A stretch of DNA of 64,000 nt from an uncultured Ruminococcus sp. (GTDB taxonomy: Bacteria; Bacillota; Clostridia; Oscillospirales; Ruminococcaceae), in contig CAMKLV010000001.1 in NCBI GenBank assembly GCA_946413695.1, forward strand, positions 21,131-85,130. The letters run 5' to 3'. Shown here piece by piece: positions 43,301 through 52,014 of the stretch. The notes under the pieces are model-generated. The model was given only the letters and a program-made list of their open reading frames with translations, was not told where the DNA came from and searched no databases. Each line of letters begins with the position of its first letter. The stretch's first letter is position 1. A program made the position numbers and the translations under genes.

Positions 43301-45070
43301 TTACATTCTTTCCGGAGCTGTCACTTTCAGCAGTGCAAGCACATTGCCGAGCGTCCGGCAGACAGCATCGCAAAGCAGCAAACGCGCATCACGAAGCTCC
43401 GCAGTTTCCGCGTCGCGAACCTTGCAGGCATCATAGAATTTATGGAACTGCGCCGCAAGATCAACCGAATATTTTGTCAGTCTGGAAGGATCCAGCTGTG
43501 CTGCAGCCGTTTCGATTTCCGCCGGCATCAGCGCAACCTGACGGATCAGTTCGCGCTCAGCAGGGGAGCTCAGCAGATCGAGCTGTGCCTTATCAGCTGC
43601 CGGAACCGGAACACCGCTCTCCGCAAGATTGCGGATCAGGCTGCAGATTCGGGCATGCGCGTACTGCACATAATAAACGGGGTTCGACGAGGATTTCTCA
43701 ACCGCAAGATCAAGGTCAAATTCAAAATGCGAATTCGCTTCACGCAGGTTGAAGAAGAATCTCGCCGCATCGACCGGAATATCCTCAAGCAGTGTCACGA
43801 GCGTCAGCGCCTTGCCGCTTCTCTTGGACTGCTTGACCGGCTGACCGTCACGCATAACCGCGACCATCTGCATCAGAATGACATCCAGCTTGGATGCATC
43901 CACGCCGAGCGCCGTGAGTGCCGCTTTCAGTCTCGGAACATAACCGTGATGGTCAGCGCCGAGCACATTGATTGCCTTATCGAAGTTTCTGGTAACGAGC
44001 TTGTCATAATGGTACGCGATATCCGGTACTATATAAGTATAAAGCCCGTTGCTGCGGCGGAGAACAAAGTCCTTGTCCACACCGTATTCCGTCGCCTTGA
44101 ACCAGATCGCGCCGTCCTGCTCATAGGCTTTGCCCGCTTCGAGCAGCTTGTCCACAATCAGCTTCGTCTCATTTTTCGCGTGCACCGTGCTCTCACGGAA
44201 CCAGTTGTCATAAACAATGCGATACTGCTTCAGATCGTGCTCGAGTCCGGCGATATTCAGCGGCAGCGCATAATCAACAAGCGCTTTCCGGCGCTCCTCA
44301 TCTGAAACGGATGCAAGCGCATCGCCGTGCATATCAAAATAGTTCTTTGCATGCGCGATGATATCCTGACCGAGGTAGACATCCTCCGGCATCGGGAAAT
44401 CTTCCGTATTGCCGTTCTCGCCGTAAATCTTCTTGCAGAGTTCATCAGTATCGGATACAGATTTGTAAATCTCCTGACCCTTTTCCGAGCAGAGCTGCAT
44501 ATACCGAAGCGACAGCGATTTGCCGAACTTCTCGATCTGATTGCCGGCATCGTTGACATAAAACTCACGTTCCGCGTGATATCCGGCAGCCTGCAAAACC
44601 GATGCAAGTGTATCACCGATTGCGCCGCCGCGTGCATTGCCGACATGCATCGGACCGGTCGGATTCGCCGAAACGAATTCCACAAGCACACGCTTGCCCT
44701 TGCCGATATCGGAACATCCGTAGCGTTCGCCTTCTGCAATGACATTCCGCACCACATCAGAATACCATCTCTGTCCGAGATAGAAATTCATGAAGCCGGG
44801 TCCTGCGATTTCAACTTTATCAAAAGGGGAGCCCTCAAGATCAAGCGCATTTGCAATCTCCTCGGCAATTTTGCGCGGTGCCATGTGCAATGTCTTTGCA
44901 GAAACCATCGCAACATTGGAAGCAAAATCGCCGTGCGAGCGGTCAGCCGGAATCTCAATATTGAACGCCGGAAGCGGCTCCGCAGGGAACACCCCGTCCG
45001 CAACCAGCCGCCCGATTGCTTCCATGATCAGATTTTTCGCTTCATTTGAAGAAGCTGATATATGATTCAA
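43301..45070 (-). CDS. argS: Arginine--tRNA ligase
   Basis: FVSANPTGPMHVGNARGGAIGD (HIGH region) and QSKRSGKA (KMSK-like), 590 codons. The start is uncertain: TTG 45070 (8 nt after AGGAG) is preferred over GTG 45079. Confidence 0.9.
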   Translation of the reverse strand: MNHISASSNEAKNLIMEAIGRLVADGVFPAEPLPAFNIEIPADRSHGDFASNVAMVSAKTLHMAPRKIAEEIANALDLEGSPFDKVEIAGPGFMNFYLGQRWYSDVVRNVIAEGERYGCSDIGKGKRVLVEFVSANPTGPMHVGNARGGAIGDTLASVLQAAGYHAEREFYVNDAGNQIEKFGKSLSLRYMQLCSEKGQEIYKSVSDTDELCKKIYGENGNTEDFPMPEDVYLGQDIIAHAKNYFDMHGDALASVSDEERRKALVDYALPLNIAGLEHDLKQYRIVYDNWFRESTVHAKNETKLIVDKLLEAGKAYEQDGAIWFKATEYGVDKDFVLRRSNGLYTYIVPDIAYHYDKLVTRNFDKAINVLGADHHGYVPRLKAALTALGVDASKLDVILMQMVAVMRDGQPVKQSKRSGKALTLVTLLEDIPVDAARFFFNLREANSHFEFDLDLAVEKSSSNPVYYVQYAHARICSLIRNLAESGVPVPAADKAQLDLLSSPAERELIRQVALMPAEIETAAAQLDPSRLTKYSVDLAAQFHKFYDACKVRDAETAELRDARLLLCDAVCRTLGNVLALLKVTAPERM

Positions 45071-45120
45071 ATACAACACTCCTTCCGTTGTCTCGTGTGT
45101 GTATGACAGGCACGCCGCGC

Positions 45121-45567
45121 TTACCGCAGGCGAACGTGCAGATCAATCGTATTCAGTGCAGAATAGCTGTCTCCGACATCAATCAGATACCGAAGCTGCA
45201 GCCTTCCGCCGCCCGGATGAAAGGAAGCCTGAATTTCCAGTGCACAGAGCAGCATTTCCATATCGCCGAAAATCGTGGAATACCGAACCGGATGTGTCTT
45301 GCCCGGTTCCAGTATCATGACAGCTTCGGCAAACCCGATCTTGTGAATCGTGACCAGGTTCTGATTCAAAACTGTGATTGCTGTCTCGCCGGCAGGATTG
45401 CCGTTTTCATCCAGCTCCGTATAAATAATTGTAACCTCATTGCCTTTGCGCGAAAAATGAGCTGTCGTATCTAGCTCGGAGCGTTCCGTTTCGCCGTCGG
45501 CAGTCTGCGTGCTGAGAATGTTCAGAACGGCATTCTCCTCATGCTTTTCCATCTTGATTGCAGACAT
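45121..45567 (-). CDS. DUF1934 (YwiB-like) beta-barrel protein
   Basis: 148 aa. Its position immediately upstream of argS matches B. subtilis ywiB-argS. The sequence pattern ...HFSRKGNEVTIIYTELDENG...TIHKIG... fits the family from memory. Confidence 0.65.
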   Translation of the reverse strand: MSAIKMEKHEENAVLNILSTQTADGETERSELDTTAHFSRKGNEVTIIYTELDENGNPAGETAITVLNQNLVTIHKIGFAEAVMILEPGKTHPVRYSTIFGDMEMLLCALEIQASFHPGGGRLQLRYLIDVGDSYSALNTIDLHVRLR

Positions 45568-45585
45568 ATACCCTCCGTGTGCCGG

Positions 45586-46623
45586 TCAGAAGCTGCGGTC
45601 GGCGTGTTCGATCGCCTGTTCAATCAGCTTATCAAGCAGATACGGATACCGCATGCCGAGATCCGCCATCAGCTTCGGATATGCAGCCTTGTCGGAGAGT
45701 TCCGGCATTGTGTTGACCTCGCCGAGCAGAATGTCGCCGCGGTTCGTATAGTAGATATCAACCAGTGCAAGTGAGCTGCATTCCAGAACACAGAACGCAG
45801 AGATTGCAAGATCCCGCATGATATGTACGGTCTGATCGTCAAGATCGGCGGGGATTGTCAGATCATCCTCGGAACATCCCGTTGTTTCGCCGACAAAAGA
45901 CGCAAACGGCGGATCATATCCGAATACGCCGACGCGGAATTCCCTGCCGGTGACATATTCTTCAACCAGCACCGTGCCGTCCTGTGTGAACGCGCGCTTG
46001 ACATGCTGCGCAAGCTGATCGCGGTTCTCCGCAACACCGGATGCAATCGCCTGATCACTTCCGGACGGTTTGACATACATCGGATAGTCCAGCTGCGATT
46101 CGATGCGCTCATATTCGCGGTCCAGTCTGCTGAGATTCCGCTGTGAGACAGCCACCCAGCTCGGCATCGGAATGCCCGCAGAGGAAAGCAGCGCATGTGT
46201 CATAGCCTTGCTCCGGCATGCCGCAGAGCTGAAAATGCCGTTTCCGACATACGGAATATGTGAGAGTTCGCAGAGTCCCTGAATTGCACCGTCCTCGCCG
46301 AACTGCCCCTGCAAAACGGAGAATATCACATCAATGCGCTTGAGTGTATAGTTTCCGTCCTCCAGAATCAGGACGCCGCGGTGTGCCGGATCCGGCGACA
46401 GAATCGCGGACGCACAGTCCGGATTCTCTATCCATTTTCCGGATTCGATCTCATCATAGTCGCCCGGAAAATACAGCCATCTGCCTTTTTTGTTAATCCC
46501 GACCGGAACAATCTCATACTGTTCGCTGTTCAGTGTGCGCAGAATAGCAGCGGCAGAAGCCAGAGACGCCTCATATTCGTTGGACGAGCCGCCGAACAAT
46601 ACAAGAAGTTTCAGTTTCGCCAC
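45586..46623 (-). CDS. ddl: D-alanine--D-alanine ligase
   Basis: LLVLFGGSSNEYEASLASAAAIL, GEDGAIQGLCELSHIPYVG, and a C-terminal EVNTMPELSDKAAYPKL-type ATP-grasp end. GTG start after AAAGGGG. Confidence 0.9.
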   Translation of the reverse strand: MAKLKLLVLFGGSSNEYEASLASAAAILRTLNSEQYEIVPVGINKKGRWLYFPGDYDEIESGKWIENPDCASAILSPDPAHRGVLILEDGNYTLKRIDVIFSVLQGQFGEDGAIQGLCELSHIPYVGNGIFSSAACRSKAMTHALLSSAGIPMPSWVAVSQRNLSRLDREYERIESQLDYPMYVKPSGSDQAIASGVAENRDQLAQHVKRAFTQDGTVLVEEYVTGREFRVGVFGYDPPFASFVGETTGCSEDDLTIPADLDDQTVHIMRDLAISAFCVLECSSLALVDIYYTNRGDILLGEVNTMPELSDKAAYPKLMADLGMRYPYLLDKLIEQAIEHADRSF

Positions 46624-46810
46624 AGTTCCATAGCCCCTTTCGATTCAAAAATCTTGCGTCAAATGTTGGATTCATTGCGTTTTGGGCATTTTGCCATTTG
46701 TGCATAATTCTGATACAGCATCGCAGAAACCAATGAAAAAACGCTAAAAAGCGAAAAATCGCGTGAACACGCAAAACTGCGAATCACACTCAAATTTTTC
46801 GTCCATATCT

Positions 46811-46839
46811 ATTTTAGCATACTTCACAAAAAAATGCAA
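46811..46839 (-). promoter_or_regulatory. Sigma-A-type promoter (extended -10) about 180 nt upstream of ddl
   Basis: Minus strand reads TTGCAT (46834-46839), 17 nt, TGcTAAAAT (-10 at 46811-46816). Confidence 0.45.
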
Positions 46840-47034
46840 GTGTTTTTTTGCAAAATCACAGAAAAATTTTTGAAAAAACGGGAAATCGACACAGGCGCGG
46901 TGAAACTTCTTGCTTTTTTATACAAATCAGCTTTGCAATTCCTGTATCTGACAGATTCCGGCAAACCACAGCGACATGCAATTCACCAAATCCAGCGGCA
47001 GAATTCTGACATCCGTATTTCGCTCATTACCCCA

Positions 47035-47063
47035 TTGAAATTTCCGGCACAATGTGTTATAAT
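47035..47063 (+). promoter_or_regulatory. Sigma-A-type promoter (extended -10) upstream of tex
   Basis: TTGAAA (47035-47040), 17 nt, TGtTATAAT (-10 at 47058-47063). Confidence 0.6.
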
Positions 47064-47104
47064 AATAGAATATGATTTGAGAACACATCTCAGGAGGTAT
47101 CGGA

Positions 47105-49279
47105 ATGGATATTTTAGAACAGCTTGCTGAAGAATTCAAGCTCCGGCAGGAACAGGTGTCAAACGCAGTTGCACTGCTGGATGACGGCAAAACCGTCCCG
47201 TTTATTGCACGATACAGAAAAGAACAGACCGGCTCGCTCGATGACCAGACGCTCCACGCGCTGAATGACCGTCTCAACTATCTGCGGAAACTGGAGGAGC
47301 GCAAGCAGGAAATCACCGATGCAATCACAGCACTTGAAAAGATGACACCCGAACTTGCAGATGCGATCTCTGCCGCAAAAACACTCGTTGAGGTCGAGGA
47401 TCTGTACCGTCCCTACAAGCAGAAGCGCAAGACAAAGGCATCCGTTGCGAAAGCGCGCGGACTGCAGCCGCTTGCTGACTTGATCATGGAGCAGAACTTC
47501 AAAACCGATCCTGCAGCAGAGGCAGAAGCATTCGTCAATCCCGAGCTTGAGGTTCCGGATGTCGATGCTGCACTTTCCGGCGCATCCGATATTCTCGCAG
47601 AAACAGTCTCGGATGACGCAGATCTCCGAAAGCGACTCCGCAATGTGCTGTCTCTGCGCGGATCAATCACCGTCAAAGCGACCGATCCGGAGGAGGACAG
47701 CGTCTACCGCAACTATTATGAGTATGCTGAGCTGATCACCAAAGCGGCAAAGCACCGGATTCTCGCAATCAACCGCGGTGAGAAGGAAGGCTACCTCAAA
47801 GTCAGTCTGACAATGCCTGAGGGACTCGGCGAGCAGATTGTCACAAAAACATATGTCAAAAACGAAAGCGCATCCGGTCAGATGGTCGAAACTGCTGCAA
47901 TCGAAGCATATAAAAAGTCGCTTCTGCCCGCAGTCCAGCGTGAAATCCGCGCAGAGCTGACAGAGCAGGCATCCGAGCAGGCGATCACGGTCTTTGCATC
48001 CAATCTGCGCCAGCTTCTGCTGCAGCCGCCGATGAAGGGCATGATCACGCTCGGCCTTGATCCGGGATTCCGCACGGGCTGCAAAGTCGCAGTTGTCGAT
48101 CCGACCGGCAAGGTACTCGCAACGGATGTCGTCTACATCACGGCAAACTCCGCACAGGCAGTCGCAGCCGGAAAGATCAAGCTGAAAAAGCTGATCCAGC
48201 AGCACCATGTTGCCGCAATCGCAATCGGCAACGGCACTGCATCCCGTGAATCCGAACAGATTGTCGCTGAGATTCTCCGCGAGCTGCCCGATCAGCACAC
48301 CGCATATATGGTTGTCAGCGAGGCAGGCGCGTCGGTCTACTCCGCATCAAAGCTTGCTGCCGAGGAGTTTCCGGATTACGATGTCGCGCTCCGTAGTGCC
48401 GTATCCATCGCGCGCAGACTGCAGGATCCGCTTGCTGAGCTCGTCAAGATCGAACCGAAGGCAATCGGCGTCGGTGAGTATCAGCACGATATGCCGCCCG
48501 CGCGGCTTTCCGAATCCCTGACCGGTGTTGTTGAGGATTGTGTCAACGCGGTCGGTGTCGATCTGAACACTGCATCCGGCTCGCTGCTCTCCTATATCTC
48601 CGGTATTCACAGCGGCATCGCACACAACATCGTGACATACCGCGAAGAAAACGGCGCATTCACAAGCCGCAAGGCACTGCTCAAAGTTCCGAAGCTCGGT
48701 GCAAAGGCATATGAGCTCTGCGCAGGTTTCCTGCGAGTCCGCGACGGCAAAAATCCGCTTGACAACACCGGCGTGCATCCGGAAAGTTATGCCGCTGCAG
48801 AATCTTTGCTCAAGCTCTGCGGTCTTTCTCTGACAGACATCGGCGGCGACCTCAAAAAGCTTTCGGATACCGTTGATGCACGCGGCTACACTGCACTAAG
48901 CAAGGAGCTTGAAATCGGCGAGCCGACGCTCCGCGACATTGTCAAGGAACTGCAGAAGCCCGGCCGCGACCCGCGTGACGAGCTGCCGAAGCCGCTCATG
49001 CGCAGCGGCGATATCATGACCGCCGAGGATCTGAAGCCCGGCATGGAGCTGATCGGCACCGTCCGGAATATCATTGATTTCGGCGCATTTGTCGATATCG
49101 GCGTACACGAGGACGGACTTGTACATGTCTCGCAGCTCGCGAACAAATTTGTCAAACATCCGCTCGATGTGGTCAAGGTCGGACAGATCGTCCGTGTGCG
49201 CGTGCTCGAATCCGATGCAAAGCGCAAGCGCATCAGCCTGACCATGAAGGGCGTCTCGCAGGAGAATCTCAACTCCTGA
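47105..49279 (+). CDS. tex: Tex-family transcription accessory protein (YqgF/HHH/S1 domains)
   Basis: VALLDDGKTVPFIARYRKEQTGSLDD N-terminus, a YqgF-like GLDPGFRTGCKVAVVD segment, and a C-terminal S1 domain (GTVRNIIDFGAFVDIGVHEDGLVHVSQL). Confidence 0.9.
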   Translation: MDILEQLAEEFKLRQEQVSNAVALLDDGKTVPFIARYRKEQTGSLDDQTLHALNDRLNYLRKLEERKQEITDAITALEKMTPELADAISAAKTLVEVEDLYRPYKQKRKTKASVAKARGLQPLADLIMEQNFKTDPAAEAEAFVNPELEVPDVDAALSGASDILAETVSDDADLRKRLRNVLSLRGSITVKATDPEEDSVYRNYYEYAELITKAAKHRILAINRGEKEGYLKVSLTMPEGLGEQIVTKTYVKNESASGQMVETAAIEAYKKSLLPAVQREIRAELTEQASEQAITVFASNLRQLLLQPPMKGMITLGLDPGFRTGCKVAVVDPTGKVLATDVVYITANSAQAVAAGKIKLKKLIQQHHVAAIAIGNGTASRESEQIVAEILRELPDQHTAYMVVSEAGASVYSASKLAAEEFPDYDVALRSAVSIARRLQDPLAELVKIEPKAIGVGEYQHDMPPARLSESLTGVVEDCVNAVGVDLNTASGSLLSYISGIHSGIAHNIVTYREENGAFTSRKALLKVPKLGAKAYELCAGFLRVRDGKNPLDNTGVHPESYAAAESLLKLCGLSLTDIGGDLKKLSDTVDARGYTALSKELEIGEPTLRDIVKELQKPGRDPRDELPKPLMRSGDIMTAEDLKPGMELIGTVRNIIDFGAFVDIGVHEDGLVHVSQLANKFVKHPLDVVKVGQIVRVRVLESDAKRKRISLTMKGVSQENLNS

Positions 49280-49313
49280 TATCCGCCCGATCAACCGAAA
49301 GGGGACTATTTAT

Positions 49314-50072
49314 ATGGTATATGTAACCGGAGATACGCACGGTGACTTTTCCAGATTCCAGAATTCCATGCTCAAAAAAGCAGATGCAAACGATGTTGTG
49401 ATTGTCTGCGGCGACTTCGGATTCTTCTGGGATGACTCAAAGCAGGAGCAGAAATTCCGCAAAAAACTCACCGAGTTAAAGTATACCGTTGCATTCGTGG
49501 ACGGCTGTCACGAGAATTATGATATGCTCGAAAAATACCCGACGCAGGAATGGAACGGCGGCACAGCGCGCGTGATCGCGCCGAATCTGGTACATCTGCT
49601 CCGCGGCGAAATCTATACAATCTGCGGAAAGCGGTTCTTCACATTCGGCGGCGGACACAGTCAGGATTTCGAGTTCCGGACAGCCGAGAACTGGTGGGAG
49701 CAGGAACAGCCGACCTATGACGAGATCATTCACGCGGCGGAAAATCTGAAATCCTACGATAACACCGTCGATTACATCATCACGCACGAGCCGCCCGCAT
49801 CGCTCAAAGACTGCCTGCGTGTCGATACCATGCAGCGTCTTGAGGTGCATGCATTCTTTGAGGATTTAACACAGATGTGTACATTCCATCAGTGGTATTT
49901 CGGCAAGTGCCACCTGAACCGCTATGTCCCGCTGAAGTATTACGCTGTGTTCGATGAGATCAATCCGCTCAATGATACGCGCGGCAAGGCGATCACCGCA
50001 CAGTATGAGCCTTCCTCACCCGATCCGGTTCTGCCGGACGAACCGGAAGATACCGCGGAGGATGAAGCATAA
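49314..50072 (+). CDS. Metallophosphoesterase family protein
   Basis: VYVTGDTHGD, VIVCGDFG and GCHEN metal-binding motifs. Confidence 0.7.
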   Translation: MVYVTGDTHGDFSRFQNSMLKKADANDVVIVCGDFGFFWDDSKQEQKFRKKLTELKYTVAFVDGCHENYDMLEKYPTQEWNGGTARVIAPNLVHLLRGEIYTICGKRFFTFGGGHSQDFEFRTAENWWEQEQPTYDEIIHAAENLKSYDNTVDYIITHEPPASLKDCLRVDTMQRLEVHAFFEDLTQMCTFHQWYFGKCHLNRYVPLKYYAVFDEINPLNDTRGKAITAQYEPSSPDPVLPDEPEDTAEDEA

Positions 50073-50929
50073 TGGAATCGCAGATTGAAGCCCAGATCGA
50101 AGCAGGACAGGAAGCCGTACAGCAGACTGCCGGTCTGCTCGCAAAAATGGGGCAGAAGCTCGTTGACTATCTGCCGACACTGGTCATCGCCGCTGTTGTC
50201 TTTCTGATCGGCATGCTGATTGCAGGCTGCATCAACAAGATCATCAACCGCATGATGAACAAGGCAAAGGTCAACGCGACGGCATCGGGATTCGGCAAAT
50301 CGCTGATCCGGATTCTGCTCTACACATTGCTGATCATCATCTGCCTTTCGATCCTCGGTGTCCCGATGGCGTCGATCGTTGCGGTTGTCGGTGCGGCGGG
50401 GCTTGCGATCGGTCTGGCACTGCAAAACAGCCTTTCCAATCTTGCCGGCGGATTCATCATCCTGTTCGCAAAGCCGTTTCAGCGCGGCGATTATATCAGT
50501 GCAGCAGGGGAATCCGGATTTGTTGAGGCAATGACGATTCTGTATACAGAACTGATTACGCTTGATAACCGCAGCATCTATCTGCCGAACAGCATTGTGT
50601 CCTCGAGTGCCGTGCAGAACTTCTCACAGAACGGCAAGCTCCGGGTCAGTGTTCCGGTTCAGGTTTCCTATCAGACTGATCTCAGTGTTGCGAAAAATGT
50701 CCTGCTGGAAACCGTCAGTTCACTGCCCGTCACACTGAAAGATCCTGCGCCCGCTGTCGCTGTAACCGAACTCGGCAGCAGCGGCATCACGCTGACTGTA
50801 CTCTACTGGGTGAACAAGGGCGATTATTTCATCGCACCCGGAAAGCTGCTCGAAGCCGTCAAGCCTGCATTTGATGCAGCAGGCATCGAGATTCCGTTCC
50901 CGCAGATTGATGTACATAACCGCACATAA
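50072..50929 (+). CDS. mscS: Small-conductance mechanosensitive channel (MscS family)
   Basis: Three TM helices, then GLALQNSLSNLAGGFIILFAKPFQRGDYI...GFVEAMTILYTELITLDNRSIYLPNS, the MscS pore/beta-domain signature. Confidence 0.85.
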   Translation: MESQIEAQIEAGQEAVQQTAGLLAKMGQKLVDYLPTLVIAAVVFLIGMLIAGCINKIINRMMNKAKVNATASGFGKSLIRILLYTLLIIICLSILGVPMASIVAVVGAAGLAIGLALQNSLSNLAGGFIILFAKPFQRGDYISAAGESGFVEAMTILYTELITLDNRSIYLPNSIVSSSAVQNFSQNGKLRVSVPVQVSYQTDLSVAKNVLLETVSSLPVTLKDPAPAVAVTELGSSGITLTVLYWVNKGDYFIAPGKLLEAVKPAFDAAGIEIPFPQIDVHNRT

Positions 50930-50942
50930 AGGGGAGTGCCGC

Positions 50943-51266
50943 ATGAAAATCACAGATCAGATGATCGACAAATATGCAGAGGAATACTGCCGGAAATACG
51001 GTGCGGTCAAGCTGATTATTACAAGCGAGGAAGTTGCATACAATTTCTTTCTTGAGCAGGATACCGAGGACATTCTCAATTACGTTAACACGCGAAAACC
51101 GCTGGACGAGGTCTATCTGACACAGGCAATGATTGAATGTGCAGACCGCGCCGGACTGGTCGAGGAGTGGATGCATACATTTGACCTCGAGGATAAGCTC
51201 TGGCACAAAATCACGCGGATTCTGCGAAAACAGATCCGCGAACAGAAACAGGCAGAAACAAACTGA
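50943..51266 (+). CDS. Hypothetical protein
   Basis: 107-aa ORF trimmed to the ATG after a GGGGAG RBS. I recognise no family. Confidence 0.45.
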   Translation: MKITDQMIDKYAEEYCRKYGAVKLIITSEEVAYNFFLEQDTEDILNYVNTRKPLDEVYLTQAMIECADRAGLVEEWMHTFDLEDKLWHKITRILRKQIREQKQAETN

Positions 51267-51304
51267 CCGAAATTTGTGCAATACGACAGAATCCGTGCCG
51301 TTTC

Positions 51305-51334
51305 TTGACAATCGCGGAACGGTTGTGCTATAAT
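51305..51334 (+). promoter_or_regulatory. Sigma-A-type promoter upstream of the XRE-cupin regulator, bracketed by a 9-nt inverted repeat
   Basis: TTGACA (51305-51310), 18 nt, TATAAT (51329-51334). TTTGTGCAA (51273-51281) and TTGCACAAA (51340-51348) are perfect reverse complements flanking it. Confidence 0.55.
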
Positions 51335-51431
51335 AAAAGTTGCACAAATCGAAATGACAGAATGCGCGGGGAGAGCAGATATTCTCGCCGCGCTTGTTTT
51401 CGATATTTTATATGAATACGGAGGATACGCA

Positions 51432-51977
51432 ATGGAACCGATCAATGAAATTGCGGCACGCATCCGCGAGCTGCGCGAGGTATGTGATTACACAGTCGAA
51501 CAGCTTGCATCCGAGCTCGGTCTCACCGTCGAGCAGTATGCAGGCTACGAACAGAACGGAGATTTTCCGATCAGCGTTATCTACGAGATCGCGAACAAGT
51601 TTAACGTAGATTTCAACGAGCTGATCACCGGCGAACCGAGCCGCATTGATACGTTTCAGGTTGTACGCCGCGGTCAGGGCAGAAGCATCAGCCGTTTCCC
51701 CGGCTACCGTTTCAAGGACCTCGCATTCCGCTATGCAGATAAGATCATGCAGCCGCTGCTTGTCACGCTGGAGCCCTCGGACGAACCGGCAAAGCTTGTC
51801 ACCCACACCGGTCAGGAATTCAACCTCGTTCTCAAAGGCACGGTCGCAGTTGTATTTGAGGATCGCGAGATCATCCTCAATGAAGGCGATTCGATCTATT
51901 TCAACCCGACTTATCCCCACGGACAGCGCTGCGCAGGCGACACCAAAGCAAGATTTCTGACGATGATTGCGGAATGA
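51432..51977 (+). CDS. XRE-family HTH regulator with C-terminal cupin domain
   Basis: The HTH segment is TVEQLASELGLTVEQYAGYEQNGDFPISVIYEIANKFNVDFNELI. The cupin-like C-terminus is HTGQEFNLVLKGTVAVVFEDREIILNEGDSIYFNPTYPH. Confidence 0.8.
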   Translation: MEPINEIAARIRELREVCDYTVEQLASELGLTVEQYAGYEQNGDFPISVIYEIANKFNVDFNELITGEPSRIDTFQVVRRGQGRSISRFPGYRFKDLAFRYADKIMQPLLVTLEPSDEPAKLVTHTGQEFNLVLKGTVAVVFEDREIILNEGDSIYFNPTYPHGQRCAGDTKARFLTMIAE

Positions 51978-52014
51978 TCCGCAGCACCGCATATATAAAG
52001 GAGTAAGGATTATC

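Noticed and set aside
45071-45120. Expected T-box leader upstream of argS
   Set aside because: The intergenic space is only about 40-50 nt and contains just the RBS. No specifier loop or T-box sequence can fit.
46624-47104. 480-nt AT-rich divergent intergenic region at a minus-to-plus strand switch, considered as a possible replication origin
   Set aside because: I find no TTATCCACA-type DnaA boxes, no dnaA/dnaN nearby, and other strand switches occur in the window. The region is better explained by divergent ddl and tex promoters.
46834-47130. 98-aa plus-strand ORF in the ddl-tex intergenic region
   Set aside because: It runs through the tex promoter and RBS and overlaps the tex start out of frame. 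It has no RBS of its own and its sequence is compositionally odd.
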